This document shows, in pieces, positions 1 through 11,530 of a stretch of DNA of 64,000 bases. The notes beneath the pieces are model-generated. The model worked only from the letters and a program-made list of their open reading frames with translations, was not told where the DNA came from and ran no database searches. The position numbers were made by a program, and so were the translations under genes. Position 1 is the stretch's first letter. Every line of letters starts with the position of its first letter. The DNA is taken from assembly GCA_030141605.1 (NCBI GenBank), contig JAQGDQ010000054.1, forward strand, positions 248,001 to 312,000, given 5' to 3'. This DNA is from Tubiluchus corallicola (taxonomy: Eukaryota; Animalia; Priapulida).

Positions 1-710
1 TTTCATTCTACTTGGGTTCTGTCCAGGTTTAGGGGATTATTTCAATATACCTGTAACAGGAGTATCACTGAATTGTAGAACTAGTACTTAGTAGCTTAAA
101 TATAGGTACAAAAGCTAGAAAAAGGGATGATAAAAAGATCCGATTATCACTGATCAATTACTACACTGTTAAAATTTGAAAAATGATATATAGTTCACAT
201 AACTTGTTTTTAGCAAAGTGGAAATTTACAGAAAACCTTAGCTAACTAAAGCACAGTGCAGTCAGAATACAGCCGTACTTAACACATTCACAGTTCAAGC
301 TAAATTTTATTTTTATAATGTACACAATTTTACCGGTAATTGCCAAAACAAGAAATTATAAATCTAATAAAGTAGCAAACCTATTCAAAAATTCATTATT
401 TTTAAAGTACTACACAAATTCCTTTCCACTAAAACTAAACCGAAAAACAATGACTGTAGGGCGCGGAGTACGATACTAGCCGAAATAGAGCACTTCCACT
501 AATACGCATGTGCTAAATTTGCGGAAAAGTAGTGCCGTGTACACGGACAGCCCAAGTAGGGCACTGACGATTTCTGTCGAGAATCGAGAATTATGACATA
601 ATAAAACGCGAAACTTAATTTGTTTTAGAAAAAGTAACTTTATAATAATGATGATAGTCCTTGGCAATTTACAAATGTATTTTTTACAATAATAGTTTAT
701 CATCATTATT

Positions 711-3062
711 TGTTGTTGTTGGCATCCTTCTGTCTCGAAAGACAATGGATTGTGCGCCAAGAGAGTCAGTTATTAATAAAATTGATGGAGCTGCAGCGTC
801 GACTGTGACTGAGCCGTCCGATCCTTGAGCGGCAGTTCCGGCTGCAGGTTACACATTGGAAGGCTGTTTCATCCGGATGAGGTAGGGCATCTTTCTGGTG
901 CCTGCGAGTCCTTTTATCCTCTTGTTTTTCCTCCCTCGTTTTCTCCGCTCTGTTAATGGCTGTCCTAACAGCAGATTTCCAGTTGCTTCGATCTGCCGCA
1001 AGCGCCTCGTAATTTGCTGGTGTCATGCCGCCTGCCTTGAGGTCCCGTTTACATACATCTTTGTAGCGGAGCAGTGGCCTCCCGGTGGGTCGGGAGCCAG
1101 TAGCAAGCTCACCGTACAGAATGTCCTTGGGCAATCTGCCGTCCTGCATGCGGGAAACATGGCCTAGCCAGCGCAGACGTCTGTTGGTGAGTATGGCATA
1201 CATGCTAGGGATTCCAGCTTTTGCTAGCACATCCTTGTTGGTTATGTGCTCTTGCCATGAGATGCCCAGGATTCTTCTGAGGCAGCGTTGGTGGAAAGCA
1301 TTGAGCCTGCGTTCTTGATGGCTATACAGAGTCCAACTCTCGCTCCCGTACAACAGTGTGCTCAGTACACATGCTTGGTACACCTGGGACTTTGTCCTGA
1401 TAGTCAGCATGTTGTTTTCCCACACCCTCTTTGTTAAGCGAGCCATCGTTGATGAGGCCTTGCCGATTCTGGAGTTCAGTTCTGTGGCCAAGCTAAGATT
1501 GCTGGAAATAACAGAACCAAGATAGGTGAAATCTTCCACCACGTCAAGGCAGCAGTCATCGATGGAGATGTGAGGGGCTGGGGAAACATTTTGGCCTAAA
1601 ACCTTGGTCTTTTGGATGCTGATTGTGAGGCCAAACTCACTGCAGGCATGGGCAAAGTTGTCAATGAGGCCTTGGAGGCCGGCTTCAGTGTGAGCTGTCA
1701 GTGCGGCATCATCTGCAAACAGCATTTCACGAAAGAGAATTTTGCGAACCCGTGACTTTGCTCGGAGACGAGAGAGGTTGAACAGGCTGCCGTCGCTTCG
1801 TGTGTGTAAATAGACTCCCTCTTCAGTTTCTTTAAATGCATAGCGCAGCAGCAGAGAGAACAGGGTACCAAAGAGGGTTGGGGCGAGGACACATCCTTGT
1901 TTAACTGTGCTTTTGATTGGGAATGGGTGTGAGGAAGAGCCGTCGGACTGAACAGTACCTTTCATTTCCTCGTGGAAGGAAGTAATCAGTCTCAGCAGCT
2001 TTGGGGGGCATCCAATTCTCTGCAGGAGTGTAAACAGGCCCGATCTGATAACCAAATCAAATGCTTTGGTCAGGTCAATGAATGCTATAAACAGGGGCCG
2101 TCGTTGTTCGCGGCATTTTTCCTGGAGCTGCCTTAGAGAGAATATCATGTCGATGGTGGATCTCTCTGCCCTGAAACCGCATTGTGCTTCTGGGTAAACC
2201 CGTTCGGCGAGACGGTGGAGTCTGTTTAGTAGCACGCGGGCAAAGGTCTTTCCCACGGTGGAGAGGAGGGATATTCCGCGATAGTTGTTGCAATCGCTCC
2301 GATCGCCTTTATTTTTGTAAAGGGTAATGATGTTGGCATCACGCATGTCTTGAGGCACAGTACCTTCATCCCAGCATTGTAAAAGGAGGTCGTGCAAATG
2401 CTCGAGGAGACAGGTTTGTTTACCTGCTTTAATGGCCTCTGGGGGTATACCATCACTTCCAGGAGCTTTGCCGCTCGCCAGAGAGTCGATAGCTTTGATG
2501 AGCTCCTCACTGGTAGGTGGATCGTCGAGCTCCTCCATGACTGGCAAGGGGGTCGTGTATTCCACAGCTCTTTCTGTGACAGTGGTTTGTCTTGAGAACA
2601 GCTTTTGGTAGTGTTCTGCCCATCTCTCCATTTTTTTGGCACGGTCAGTGATGATTTCTCCAGTGGTGGACTTCACAGGGGCAATCTTGGTGATACTGGG
2701 GCCAAAGGCCTTCTTCATTCCCTCATACATGCCGCGAATATTACCACGGTCAGCTGACGTTTGGATACTCAGGCATATGGACTGCCAGTAATTGTTTGTG
2801 CACTGCCGGGCAATCCGCTGTACGTCGCTTCTGGCCTTCCTGAGAACTGCGAGTGTGCTTTCACTAGGATTTGTTTTGTAACTGAGGAGAGCAGTCCTTT
2901 TGTGGGAAATAGCTGGCTCAATGTCCATGATTCCAGCTTCAAACCAGTCTGGGTTCACTCTCTCTCTTTTTCCGAAGGTGTTGAGAGCAGACTTGTAAGT
3001 TACATCGCGTATGTGACTCCATCTTTCATCTGCATTACCGGTTGGGTGGTCCTTATTAATAA
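711..3062 (-). mobile_element. RTE-clade non-LTR retrotransposon (BovB/RTE-1-like), 5'-truncated, young
   Basis: Unbroken RT frame from ~3060 down to 766; short 3' UTR ending ...gtctttcgagacagaaggatgcc followed by a (CAA)n tail; candidate 10-bp TSD catcattatt at 701-710 and 3063-3072. No endonuclease domain (truncated). Confidence 0.93.
766..2958 (-). CDS. RTE reverse transcriptase (partial ORF) with C-terminal Zn-finger-like motif
   Basis: KAPGSDGIP, NYRGISLL, QCGFR, FIDLTKAFD, VKQGCVLAP, LFADD, FTYLGS, LLYGSESW, RRLRWLGHV, CVTC...H...C. The frame stays open upstream of the listed start (KDHPTGNADERWSHIRD), so that start is not the true one. Confidence 0.9.
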   Translation of the reverse strand: MNPDWFEAGIMDIEPAISHKRTALLSYKTNPSESTLAVLRKARSDVQRIARQCTNNYWQSICLSIQTSADRGNIRGMYEGMKKAFGPSITKIAPVKSTTGEIITDRAKKMERWAEHYQKLFSRQTTVTERAVEYTTPLPVMEELDDPPTSEELIKAIDSLASGKAPGSDGIPPEAIKAGKQTCLLEHLHDLLLQCWDEGTVPQDMRDANIITLYKNKGDRSDCNNYRGISLLSTVGKTFARVLLNRLHRLAERVYPEAQCGFRAERSTIDMIFSLRQLQEKCREQRRPLFIAFIDLTKAFDLVIRSGLFTLLQRIGCPPKLLRLITSFHEEMKGTVQSDGSSSHPFPIKSTVKQGCVLAPTLFGTLFSLLLRYAFKETEEGVYLHTRSDGSLFNLSRLRAKSRVRKILFREMLFADDAALTAHTEAGLQGLIDNFAHACSEFGLTISIQKTKVLGQNVSPAPHISIDDCCLDVVEDFTYLGSVISSNLSLATELNSRIGKASSTMARLTKRVWENNMLTIRTKSQVYQACVLSTLLYGSESWTLYSHQERRLNAFHQRCLRRILGISWQEHITNKDVLAKAGIPSMYAILTNRRLRWLGHVSRMQDGRLPKDILYGELATGSRPTGRPLLRYKDVCKRDLKAGGMTPANYEALAADRSNWKSAVRTAINRAEKTREEKQEDKRTRRHQKDALPHPDETAFQCVTCSRNCRSRIGRLSHSRRCSSINFINN

Positions 3063-4039
3063 CATCATTATTATTAGCTCCATTAATATCATCATAACAT
3101 TAAACTAAGTATCTAATGCTTTAAACAGCGAAACCATGCATACAGTTATTACAGAAAGAATTGCAAATTTAAAAATGAAACTTTTACTTAGTAGAAAACA
3201 ATTATTTGTTCAAGAGGTAGTGAAACGGGTCACCTGTCTGTGAAGGATTACCAGAATAAAAAATTTTATACCTTAAGCAAATGTTATAATCGCCTAAAAG
3301 CGGGTTTATTTCTCTTCAAAAAGATTAATATCGAAGCTAATTTTAATTTTGGCCGTTCTACTAGCTCAGAATATGATTCTTTTACTTTACCAGATTTTTA
3401 ATAACTCAATATGTATTGGCGTTTTCAATTATTATTATTAAATAAACAAGGACAACTGACGCTGCCAGTACGCTTAATGACTCAGTTCGTGACCTGTCTC
3501 TAGTGCCCTACTTGGACAGTCCATGTACGACGCGTCCTATGTGGGCTAGCCAATGTACGACCTGTCCTACATGGTCTAGTCCATGTACGCTATTTGTCCT
3601 ACTTCGACTAGTGTCCTACTCCGCTCCCAACAATGACCAATTTCTGATGAATTGAATTCGATTTCGATCTGAATTCTTTAATGCGCAAAGTGCACCGTCA
3701 CAACGCGGGAAAATCCTTATCTTTACACGCCAACGAGTATGACGCGTGCAAAGATACATGCATAGCAACAGCATCGGTAATTAAAACATTTTTAGAATTA
3801 CTAGAGCAACAAAAGCAACAGCAATAACAGTAATGGTAGCAACAACAGTGATGATTATAACGACAATGATAACGTGAACACACCACTTCCAGCAGCAACA
3901 ACAACAGCAGCAGCAGCTGCAGCAGGAATAACAATAACGCTAATATCATGAACAATGGAAAAGCAACACAAATGACAATGGCTACAGAAGCCGGGTAAAA
4001 ATAATGGGAAATTATTGCTTCAAGCATGGCAAATTAGTT

Positions 4040-4860
4040 CTATTCACATTTTACCTAGTAACAGCGTTGAAGGAGACAAATTACATGCTACCAGCACAAC
4101 TTGTTGATCATATGTACACAATTCTACAAAATCAATCTGCCCGACTATTCAGCAAGAGGATAATTGAGCAATATATGGATCTTCTTCGAGTCTCTTACCA
4201 ATGCAATATGCTGATGATATTGCATGGACAGCAACTAGCATTGGCGAAATGAGGCTGTGAAAGAAGATGGAACCAACAGTCTGAGAAATCTCAATCTGAA
4301 AATAAATGACACCAAAACAAAACAGCACACAATGCAGGTGGCAAGACTTCTTGGAAGAATTGTAAATATCTTGGCAGTTTACTAAGCACCGAAGCTGACA
4401 TAACACATAGGAAAATATTAGTCTTGGCTGTACATTCTAACCTTACAAATGTCTCCAAAAATCCGAATCTCAAAACAGAAACTAAACTACATATTTTATC
4501 ATCACTTATAGAACCTGGATTTTTATATAGTTCTGAATTATGGACTGTCAAAGTTGACCAGAAGAATGAAATTAATGCCTTCCTAAGACGTTTGTACAGA
4601 GAGGTGTTAGGCGTAGAATGGCCAATGAAAATCTCAAATCAAGATCTATATGATTTAACGAGGAAGAAGGAATGGAATGAGGTTATACAGAAGCGTCGGG
4701 TTTGGATGGATTGGACATGTCATTAGATTACTGTACTCTCTACTTACTACAGCGTTACAGCAAGAACTAATACCTGAGAAGCCAAGAGGGGGACAGCTGA
4801 TCATGTATCTGAAAATTCTCAAAAAAACAGTTATTAAACACTTAAGCTGGACGTAAACAA
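4040..4860 (+). mobile_element. Decayed RTE-like LINE RT fragment
   Basis: Frameshifted pieces QYADDI (~4206-4223), CKYLGSLL, and KTKLHILSSLIEPGFLYSSELWT...FLRRLYREVLGVEWPMKISNQDLY (RTE C-terminal region). Boundaries approximate. Confidence 0.75.
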
Positions 4861-5001
4861 CGTAGATACTTAGCATGTAGAAACCGATCGGGGAATATGG
4901 CGTTGTAAGGTTCTTACACATAGCTAAACTAGGTAATGCTGTAGTATAGTCTGTGGGAAGGGCTTCATACCTATCACCCCTCCTTTCATAATATGCTATA
5001 A

Positions 5002-5906
5002 CAGTGGTTCCCAAAGTAGGGGTAAATTACCCCCCGGGGGTAATATGGTTTTTTTGGGGGAGTAACGGGCACCCCTCTGAAAATTTTTAAAACTTCGCTC
5101 GGAATGCATTTTACGTAGTTTTCTTCTTGAAGAGACTGCCTCCGGCAGGCAACACTGTGTCATGGATCCATCATTCGCACGTTCCCACGATCTCTGGAAC
5201 GGTATTTCCCGGACCTGGAAACAAGATCCTTACAGTGGTGCGTACAGCCTTTTTTTGGCGGAGGATGGTCAAATTGAAGACGACGATTTCCCTCCTAAAG
5301 AAGAGTGGATTGAACTGAGGCTCAACGAGGAAAAGAAAACGAAATTCCAGCAGCAGAACCTGGAAGAGTTCTGGATAGGAGAGATGGCCAGTTCACCAGT
5401 CCTTGCAGAACGGGCATTGAATATTCTCATGTGTTTTTCAACAACGTATCTGTGTGAATAAGGTTTTTCGTCCATAATGAACATGAAAACAAAGAAAAGA
5501 AATAGGTTGGACGTGGAAAGCGATGCACGCGTTGCTTTGAGCCTGACGAAACCCAGGATTGAGAAACTGGCGTCCGAAAAACAGGCTCATCCCTCCCACT
5601 AACTGAGATTTGGTTGTTGTCATTCATTTCTTCTTGTTTTCGTTTGTTCGAGTAATAATTCCTCGAACGAACCTGTTCACTCAGTAATGAGCAGGTTCAG
5701 TAATTGTAATTTTTGTTTTGGCAACAATACAACAACAACAGCTGGAAATTTATTTATGTCATGAGCAAACATAAATAATTTTGCTTGCTTGTGGCATATA
5801 CGTGTGCTTACTTTTTGAGTTGGAGAAGTAGTACTAGGTGGGGGGTAATGGACACGACCGGGTTTCCCGATTTGGGTAACGGCCCGAGAAAGTTTGGGAA
5901 CCACTG
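5002..5906 (+). mobile_element. hAT (Charlie/Buster-type) internally deleted transposon
   Basis: TIR CAGTGGTTCCCAAA...TTTGGGAACCACTG; perfect 8-bp TSD tgctataa (4994-5001, 5907-5914); carries the transposase C-terminus. Confidence 0.93.
5162..5602 (+). pseudogene. hAT transposase C-terminal dimerisation-domain remnant
   Basis: EEWIEL...LEEFW...PVLAERALNILMCFSTTYLCE*GFSSIMNMKTKKRNRLDVESDARVALSLTKPRIEKLASEKQAHPSH; one in-frame stop at 5459-5461. Confidence 0.85.
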
Positions 5907-7701
5907 TGCTATAACCTATCGATGCATAACATGATCTGGCAAAGTGCATGACACAGATATCCAAGATAGTACAGTGGAACTGCAGCACTAAACTTGTGCA
6001 CACCTGTTGTGCACACTCTAACATAAAGAGACTATCAGTGGTGATATCGGCGTCATCACCGTTGATTGTTATGGCTATAGATTTGAAGTCGTTGATGTGT
6101 TGCTGTGACTGACTGCAGTGAGCTACGTCCGCGTACTCCTCTCCCACGTGTTTATCCTCTCAGGGGAAGGGTTAACTCATAAGTAGACATCTTGTTTTTC
6201 TTTTTACTTTGTCGTTTTTGTTATTGTTAACTGTCTTTTTTTGCAAAACTGTTATTGATAGTTGTAATAATATGACTTGTTCTGATTTATTTAAACAAAC
6301 TAAAAGTAAATAAAAATAGCAAAAATAATCATAATCTTTTCCTCCATTTCGTATGAGATTTCGTTGTTGGAATGTTTGAAATCTATGTATGTCATGGTCA
6401 ACATGAAAAACCATAATGCCTAAGTAGACCCCCGTAAAACGTAACATCAAACCTTAGACCCATTGGTTTTTGACCCAAGTGAGCCCTTCGACGTTGCAAC
6501 TTCTCTAAAGACATTAATTATACCTGTGTCGTTGAATTTTTGGTTCATATGCCTTGTCGCCCTCTGGAAAATTGTAGGACAACAACCGCCCACATATGCT
6601 GCACAACCCTTTTATTGTGAATAAAAGATGACGCGACAGATTAGTCTAATTTGTGGATGAATTGGGAGGTAAAGAGTTGCACACCCACCATAAAAATCTA
6701 CTAGCTCCTAACAGGCGTCAAATTATTGGTGGTGCTGTATTGCATAACGGAAGCATCTAAGATGATGGCAAATTGGGCACTTTTAAATGCTAATCTTAGA
6801 CTTTTCCTAAAAGTTAAGGTACGTTATCAGAGAAATGTTAAATTGAGCTATTCCACTGACGTTCATTTTAGTTCAATAAATATAATAAACATTTGCCTGA
6901 TAACAGGACAGACTTTCACTTGCTGGTTAAATTAATTTTTACTTTTGTCCTTCGCCGTTAACGTGTTTTTCAAGCGTCGATTCTGTTTTGCGTTCGCCAC
7001 ATCTCCACTCAAAGTTAGTACGGAAATTATTCGAATGAGTTAAAACAACCCATTTAATGATCATTGCGCCAAACATTTTTATTGTATATTTACTGTGGTT
7101 TTTTTGCTCGAGTAGGTAGGTTAACGCAGACAGACATATATAGATATAAATGAGTAAGCAGCCGGTGTGATGGTAAGTTATTCAATTAAAAATTGTTGTA
7201 TCAGAAATTCCAAGGTCGCATGCATTTGGATAAATGAGTGCCAGTACTGTTTTGGTAATGGTAGATGAGTTCAGATTTGGTTTTTGAAAGAGAAAATGCA
7301 AAACTCTTCTGTAGATGGCAGCAGTAACTTACTTTGAGTCTTTGTAATCTGAAACCCACCAGTGCTAGGGAGTAGAGACTAGATGTGTACACGAACCCAA
7401 CATTAAAGATTGCTTTATTACAGCCCGCTGCCCCCACCAATCGCTACTGGTTGCGCGTGAGAAAATATAATAATTTTAGCAACTTTATTTTAAGTTCATG
7501 ATTATCTCTTTGCGCGATTTGTGTGAATTTACGACACTCTTTTGTTGACGTGTCTAAAAGCTAAATTAAAGTTAATTTGAAGGTTTAAAGGTTTAAAAAT
7601 TTACAAAATTTTTCTCCACGTCTGAGGGCAAGAGATTATTACTATTTTTATGCTCCTAAAGTTCCTTAATGTCCCAAAAGACTGATTATGTGGCAATGCA
7701 G

Positions 7702-7813
7702 CATTATGTAACAAAAAGTGTTTCATTATGTAACAAATGTTACATCAACCAATAACAACCATTATGTAACAATTTTGTGCCATTATGTAACAAAAACGAT
7801 ACATTATGTAACA
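7702..7813. repeat. Five copies of CATTATGTAACA at ~21-36 bp spacing
   Basis: Copies start at 7702, 7724, 7760, 7781 and 7802. Confidence 0.85.
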
Positions 7814-8309
7814 GACTAATGTAGTTTTGGTTATGATCTACGGTCTGATATTATTAGATCTGGTCTGATCTTGGATCTGGTATGTCAAAGGTCTTTCTAT
7901 TGGAGTTTTCAACCGGAGGCGAATTCCGAGTTCTCGATCATGTTGGTGAAGAAATTCATACACACGTTTACCATTGAAAGCTCGCAAGCAGAAAGATCGA
8001 AGGAAGGTCGGAGGAAGTTAAAAGCTCGTACAGACGTATAAAATACGGAGGACTAATTCGTGGCCCCAATTCTTCAATTTGGGTTTAATCACACTACACC
8101 CAGCCAAACCAGACTCCTGACAGATTAGAGATCGGACAGACCAGACCAAACACAGACTAGCCACGGCCCAAACTCTAACAGATCAGGCCTCGGGTAGACT
8201 AGACCCCAAATAAATCAGCCACAGACATCAATTCAGATCTCAGACAGACCAAACTCCCAACAAAGCAAGCTAGGCATACTCAATGAGATGGCATGATTGG
8301 TGCATAGCT

Positions 8310-8452
8310 CATCATTATCAAGAACATCCCTCTAAAATAAGTCACTGAACCAGCAGGTGTTGTCTCAGCCACTACTAGGTAAACAAACGCAATCCCGAGT
8401 GATATCACCCCGATCAACACTCGGCAGCCAACACTACCCACTCAGCCATGAA
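8310..8452 (-). mobile_element. tRNA-derived SINE-like repeat copy
   Basis: Reverse complement shares ttcatgrctgagtg...gagacamc..tgctggttcagtgrcttat..tarag..at...cttgataat with 42415-42615. A further partial copy lies at ~8680-8730. Confidence 0.55.
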
Positions 8453-9934
8453 TAGAAAATGTCGTTATTATTTGACAGTCACTGACCGCAGGTGTACGCG
8501 GTAATCTTCTCACACGTCAATAAGGAACTCCTAGTAGGTTTCGAAAAGGTAATTATCAGACTTATTATAAGACGTAACGCCTTTTAGCCAATAGGTTTTT
8601 ATACAGTTAGGCATTGCAGCAAGCCAGTATCTAACATTTACTGACAGGCCTACTTTATGTTATGGCGAAACTAGAATCTGCATCATTATCAAGGCAAACC
8701 TTTAGGCTGAAACACTGAACCAGTAGAGGAATTTTAGTAAACGTTCGAATTTGAATATTATGTATGTCATCCTTTCTCAGAAAGGTTAACAACCAGATAC
8801 CGAATGGTTATCCATTCATCCACTGAGGCCGTCAAGCATGAACCGTAACCGCTCAGCTATATGTCTTGCTTCAGATTTATATAATTTTCTTTATAAATGT
8901 GTTTTGTATTAATTAATGAGGTGGCTTCAGTCAAAGAGTGCGAACTCTTTTTAGTTCATTTCGTTATCGGCTATTGTTTTTATTTCTAGAGTGGCCGCTA
9001 AGTTGCTCATCTAGTGTTAAACTACAGTTCAAAATTATCGAATGTAGGCCTATAAAATCACGAAGGGGAAACTACTGTTTCTTCAAGAATGTTTAAGTGA
9101 AAGAATTATTTACGTAAATTTCTAAGCTAATATTTTCTTTATCAGAAACATTTTGCCATTATTATAAGTAATAAAATGTGTTCTTTTTACCATATTTCAA
9201 AATAGGAAAGAATCTGAAAAATAGCATCTGTTTTCTTTTAAGCAATTGTCTGGGAGCTATTTCAAAGCCATAAAGTCAAATTTTAAAGAGATAAACTACA
9301 TATGTTTTAAGGTTTCGATATTCTCTTACACAAAAGTGAAGATTAAAGCTAGATAACACAATTTATTTGAAATGGTTACAACTTCTACTGAATCCTTTTA
9401 TTGTATACACTTAAGTACAAATCAGCTTGTACGTTTGCGCATTATCCTCATGCCAACATCAGCAGAAACTTACGAGCTTATTTTTATTCGACTACGCTAT
9501 ATAATATAATATATATTACAATGAAAGGATTATGTTTTCAGTGGTTGTTGTAGCTCTAATTACTCGATTTCTCTTACAGCTAAGATTTAAAAATAATAGC
9601 CTCAAAAATTTCAAAACAAACGAATGTCTTAATGTTTAACAATTTGAATGAAATAGCCACAACTGCCACTGAAACATGATAGTTTGTTGAAAAGTGTGCT
9701 AGTGTCAAATAAAAAGATTATGCTTTTGTCGCTATAGTAGCTATTTCACTTCTCTCAACGTTAAGATTTCCTAGTGATAGATACAACAGTGTACCTTAGT
9801 GTCAGCTAAGCGAGTTACTTTTAGTTTCCTTTCGGTTACCCTCTTCTTAAGTTGATGCATCCAGTGTCCTGCACATGTGGATAGCATTGATGTGTAAAAA
9901 ACCCTTGAGATTATATTACACACACTTCTGTTTA

Positions 9935-10025
9935 ACACACACACGCACACACACACACACACGCACGCATACACACACGCACACACAAAACACACACACG
10001 CACACGCACACGCACACGCACACGC

Positions 10026-10066
<41 letters not shown>
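9935..10066. repeat. (CA)n/(CACACG)n microsatellite
   Basis: Read directly; about 450 bp upstream of the cyclase ATG. Confidence 0.97.
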
Positions 10067-10068
<2 letters not shown>

Positions 10069-10510
10069 AGCTGATAGTTGGTTTCTTACAATTTTTTTAT
10101 TTTCATCAAAACCGATACCGATCCCGCATTTTTTGCGAAAATCGGCAACCGATCTATCGGAACAACACTGCTAGCAGGCTGACTGAGTGAGTAACTAACG
10201 GATCGACTCTGACAAACTAATTGGTCAGTTAATTAATACACAGTGACTGAATGACACTGGGCGCCGTGAATATAGTGTATTGTACTACGGCTCCCTATTG
10301 CGCGGCATAATCAATTGCGAGCTTTGGAGATTGACAGGGCGCGATCTTTCATCAAGAAAGGTGAAAGTCATCATTGAGGCATAGTTAGAGTGCAGAGCAT
10401 GCGCAGAGCTTGCAGTGTGCGCAGAAGCCAGGTCATGCAGACGACAGCAAAATACTTGATAAATTATGTGAATCCCACTCAGGAAGACAGTGAGTATTTA
10501 CCGGACAATC

Positions 10511-10885
10511 ATGCTTGAGTACGTAGAGACGATGTTTATTGTAATTACAGTGCTGATGGGGGATAGAAAGTTAGTATCAAGTAAGGAATCTCTCACCATT
10601 GGTTACCTGACGGCTGTCAAGGGCTGGAGCGTCAAAAACAAGCAAGGAGGTGTAATTTCAGGAGCCATATCCTACGCAGTGGAGATGGTTAATTCTGATC
10701 CACATCTCCTGCCCAATCATACACTGAGATTAATATGGAATGATACTGAAGCCAATGAAACATTGAGCATCAGAGCTCTGACTCAACAATGGAGGGAGGG
10801 AGCAGTGGCGTTTTTCGGCCCGGAGTTTACCTGTACCGTGGAAGCTAGGGTGGCAGCTTCCTGGAATATCCCTATGATATCTTAC
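10511..10885 (+). CDS. Receptor guanylyl cyclase coding exon 1 (putative signal peptide + start of ANF-receptor ligand-binding domain)
   Basis: MLEYVETMFIVITVLMG...LTIGYLTAVKG...GAISYAVEMVNSDPHLLPNHTL...AVAFFGPEFTCTVEARVAASWNIPMISY. ATG has A at -3; donor TAC|GTAGGT, phase 0. Start codon choice (10511 vs 10532) is uncertain. Confidence 0.9.
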
Positions 10886-11014
10886 GTAGGTATCTTTTGT
10901 TTTGACTTAATTTTAGATTTATGTCAGTTAAAAAGTAGCATTCTCACTTTTATGCATGTTCATAATGTTAAAAGGAAGAAAAGACTTTTAAGTATGTCTA
11001 GAAAAGCTTTTCGC

Positions 11015-11295
11015 ACAAAGTTACGCTACTTAGCATTAGGCTTACCTGTTTCAAAGACCTCACTATTTCACTGTCCCAGTGTGCACCAAAAAAACATTAC
11101 TGGTTCATCAAAAAATATATTACTAACATTATTGATGACATAAAGTAATTTATACTTTTGGTTAGTTTTAGTGAAGTGTGCACTTTAAATGATCTGATTA
11201 TTTTTTTGAACCTTACGCAATGTTATTTACATCTTAACTTGTTTCAAACGACTTACCATCAAAATTGCTGGGCTTAATGGTCATCGCCTGAGTTT
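11015..11295 (+). repeat. Dispersed repeat, diverged direct copy of ~60783-61090
   Basis: Shared blocks cttacctg, cccagtgtgcacca, ataaagtaatttayacttttgsttagtt and ttatttttt in the same order. Confidence 0.65.
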
Positions 11296-11530
11296 ACATT
11301 TTCAAGCTTTTTATAACGTAGCTGCTAATGCATGCTCTGTGCGCAGTAAGACAGTATGTTGGTGATACAAGATTTCAAGTCCTTTTTAGCTCTATTCGAA
11401 TAAAAGTACGTCTTGTCCTTTAAACTTTTAGTTTCGTTTTGGTCAAAGCTAAAGTGATGGTTATTAATCGTGTATCTTTCGTCAAAAGAAAAAAACAGTA
11501 GTGCCAAGTGGGTAAAAATTAAGCAAAGAA

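Larger units (their letters stand above)
455..3632. mobile_element. Non-autonomous TIR element (TGT...ACA termini, 5-bp TSD; Ginger-like), split by the RTE insertion
   Basis: Left end tgtagggcgcggagtacgatactagccgaa matches the reverse complement of the right end (tgttgggagcggagtaggacactagtcgaa). Flanking direct repeat atgac at 450-454 and 3633-3637. Subterminal ~30-bp repeats at 3500-3620, with an inverted copy near 539-567. Confidence 0.7.

Noticed and set aside
898-3108. Small ORFs overlapping the RTE
   Set aside because: Alternate-frame and antisense shadows of the GC-richer RT ORF.
9771-10174. ORFs with CVCVC/THTHT runs
   Set aside because: Translations of the (CA)n microsatellite.
10886-11143. 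C-terminal extension of the 217-aa ORF as a secreted short isoform
   Set aside because: Similarity ends at the GTAGGT donor and the extension runs into a dispersed repeat; it is intron read-through.
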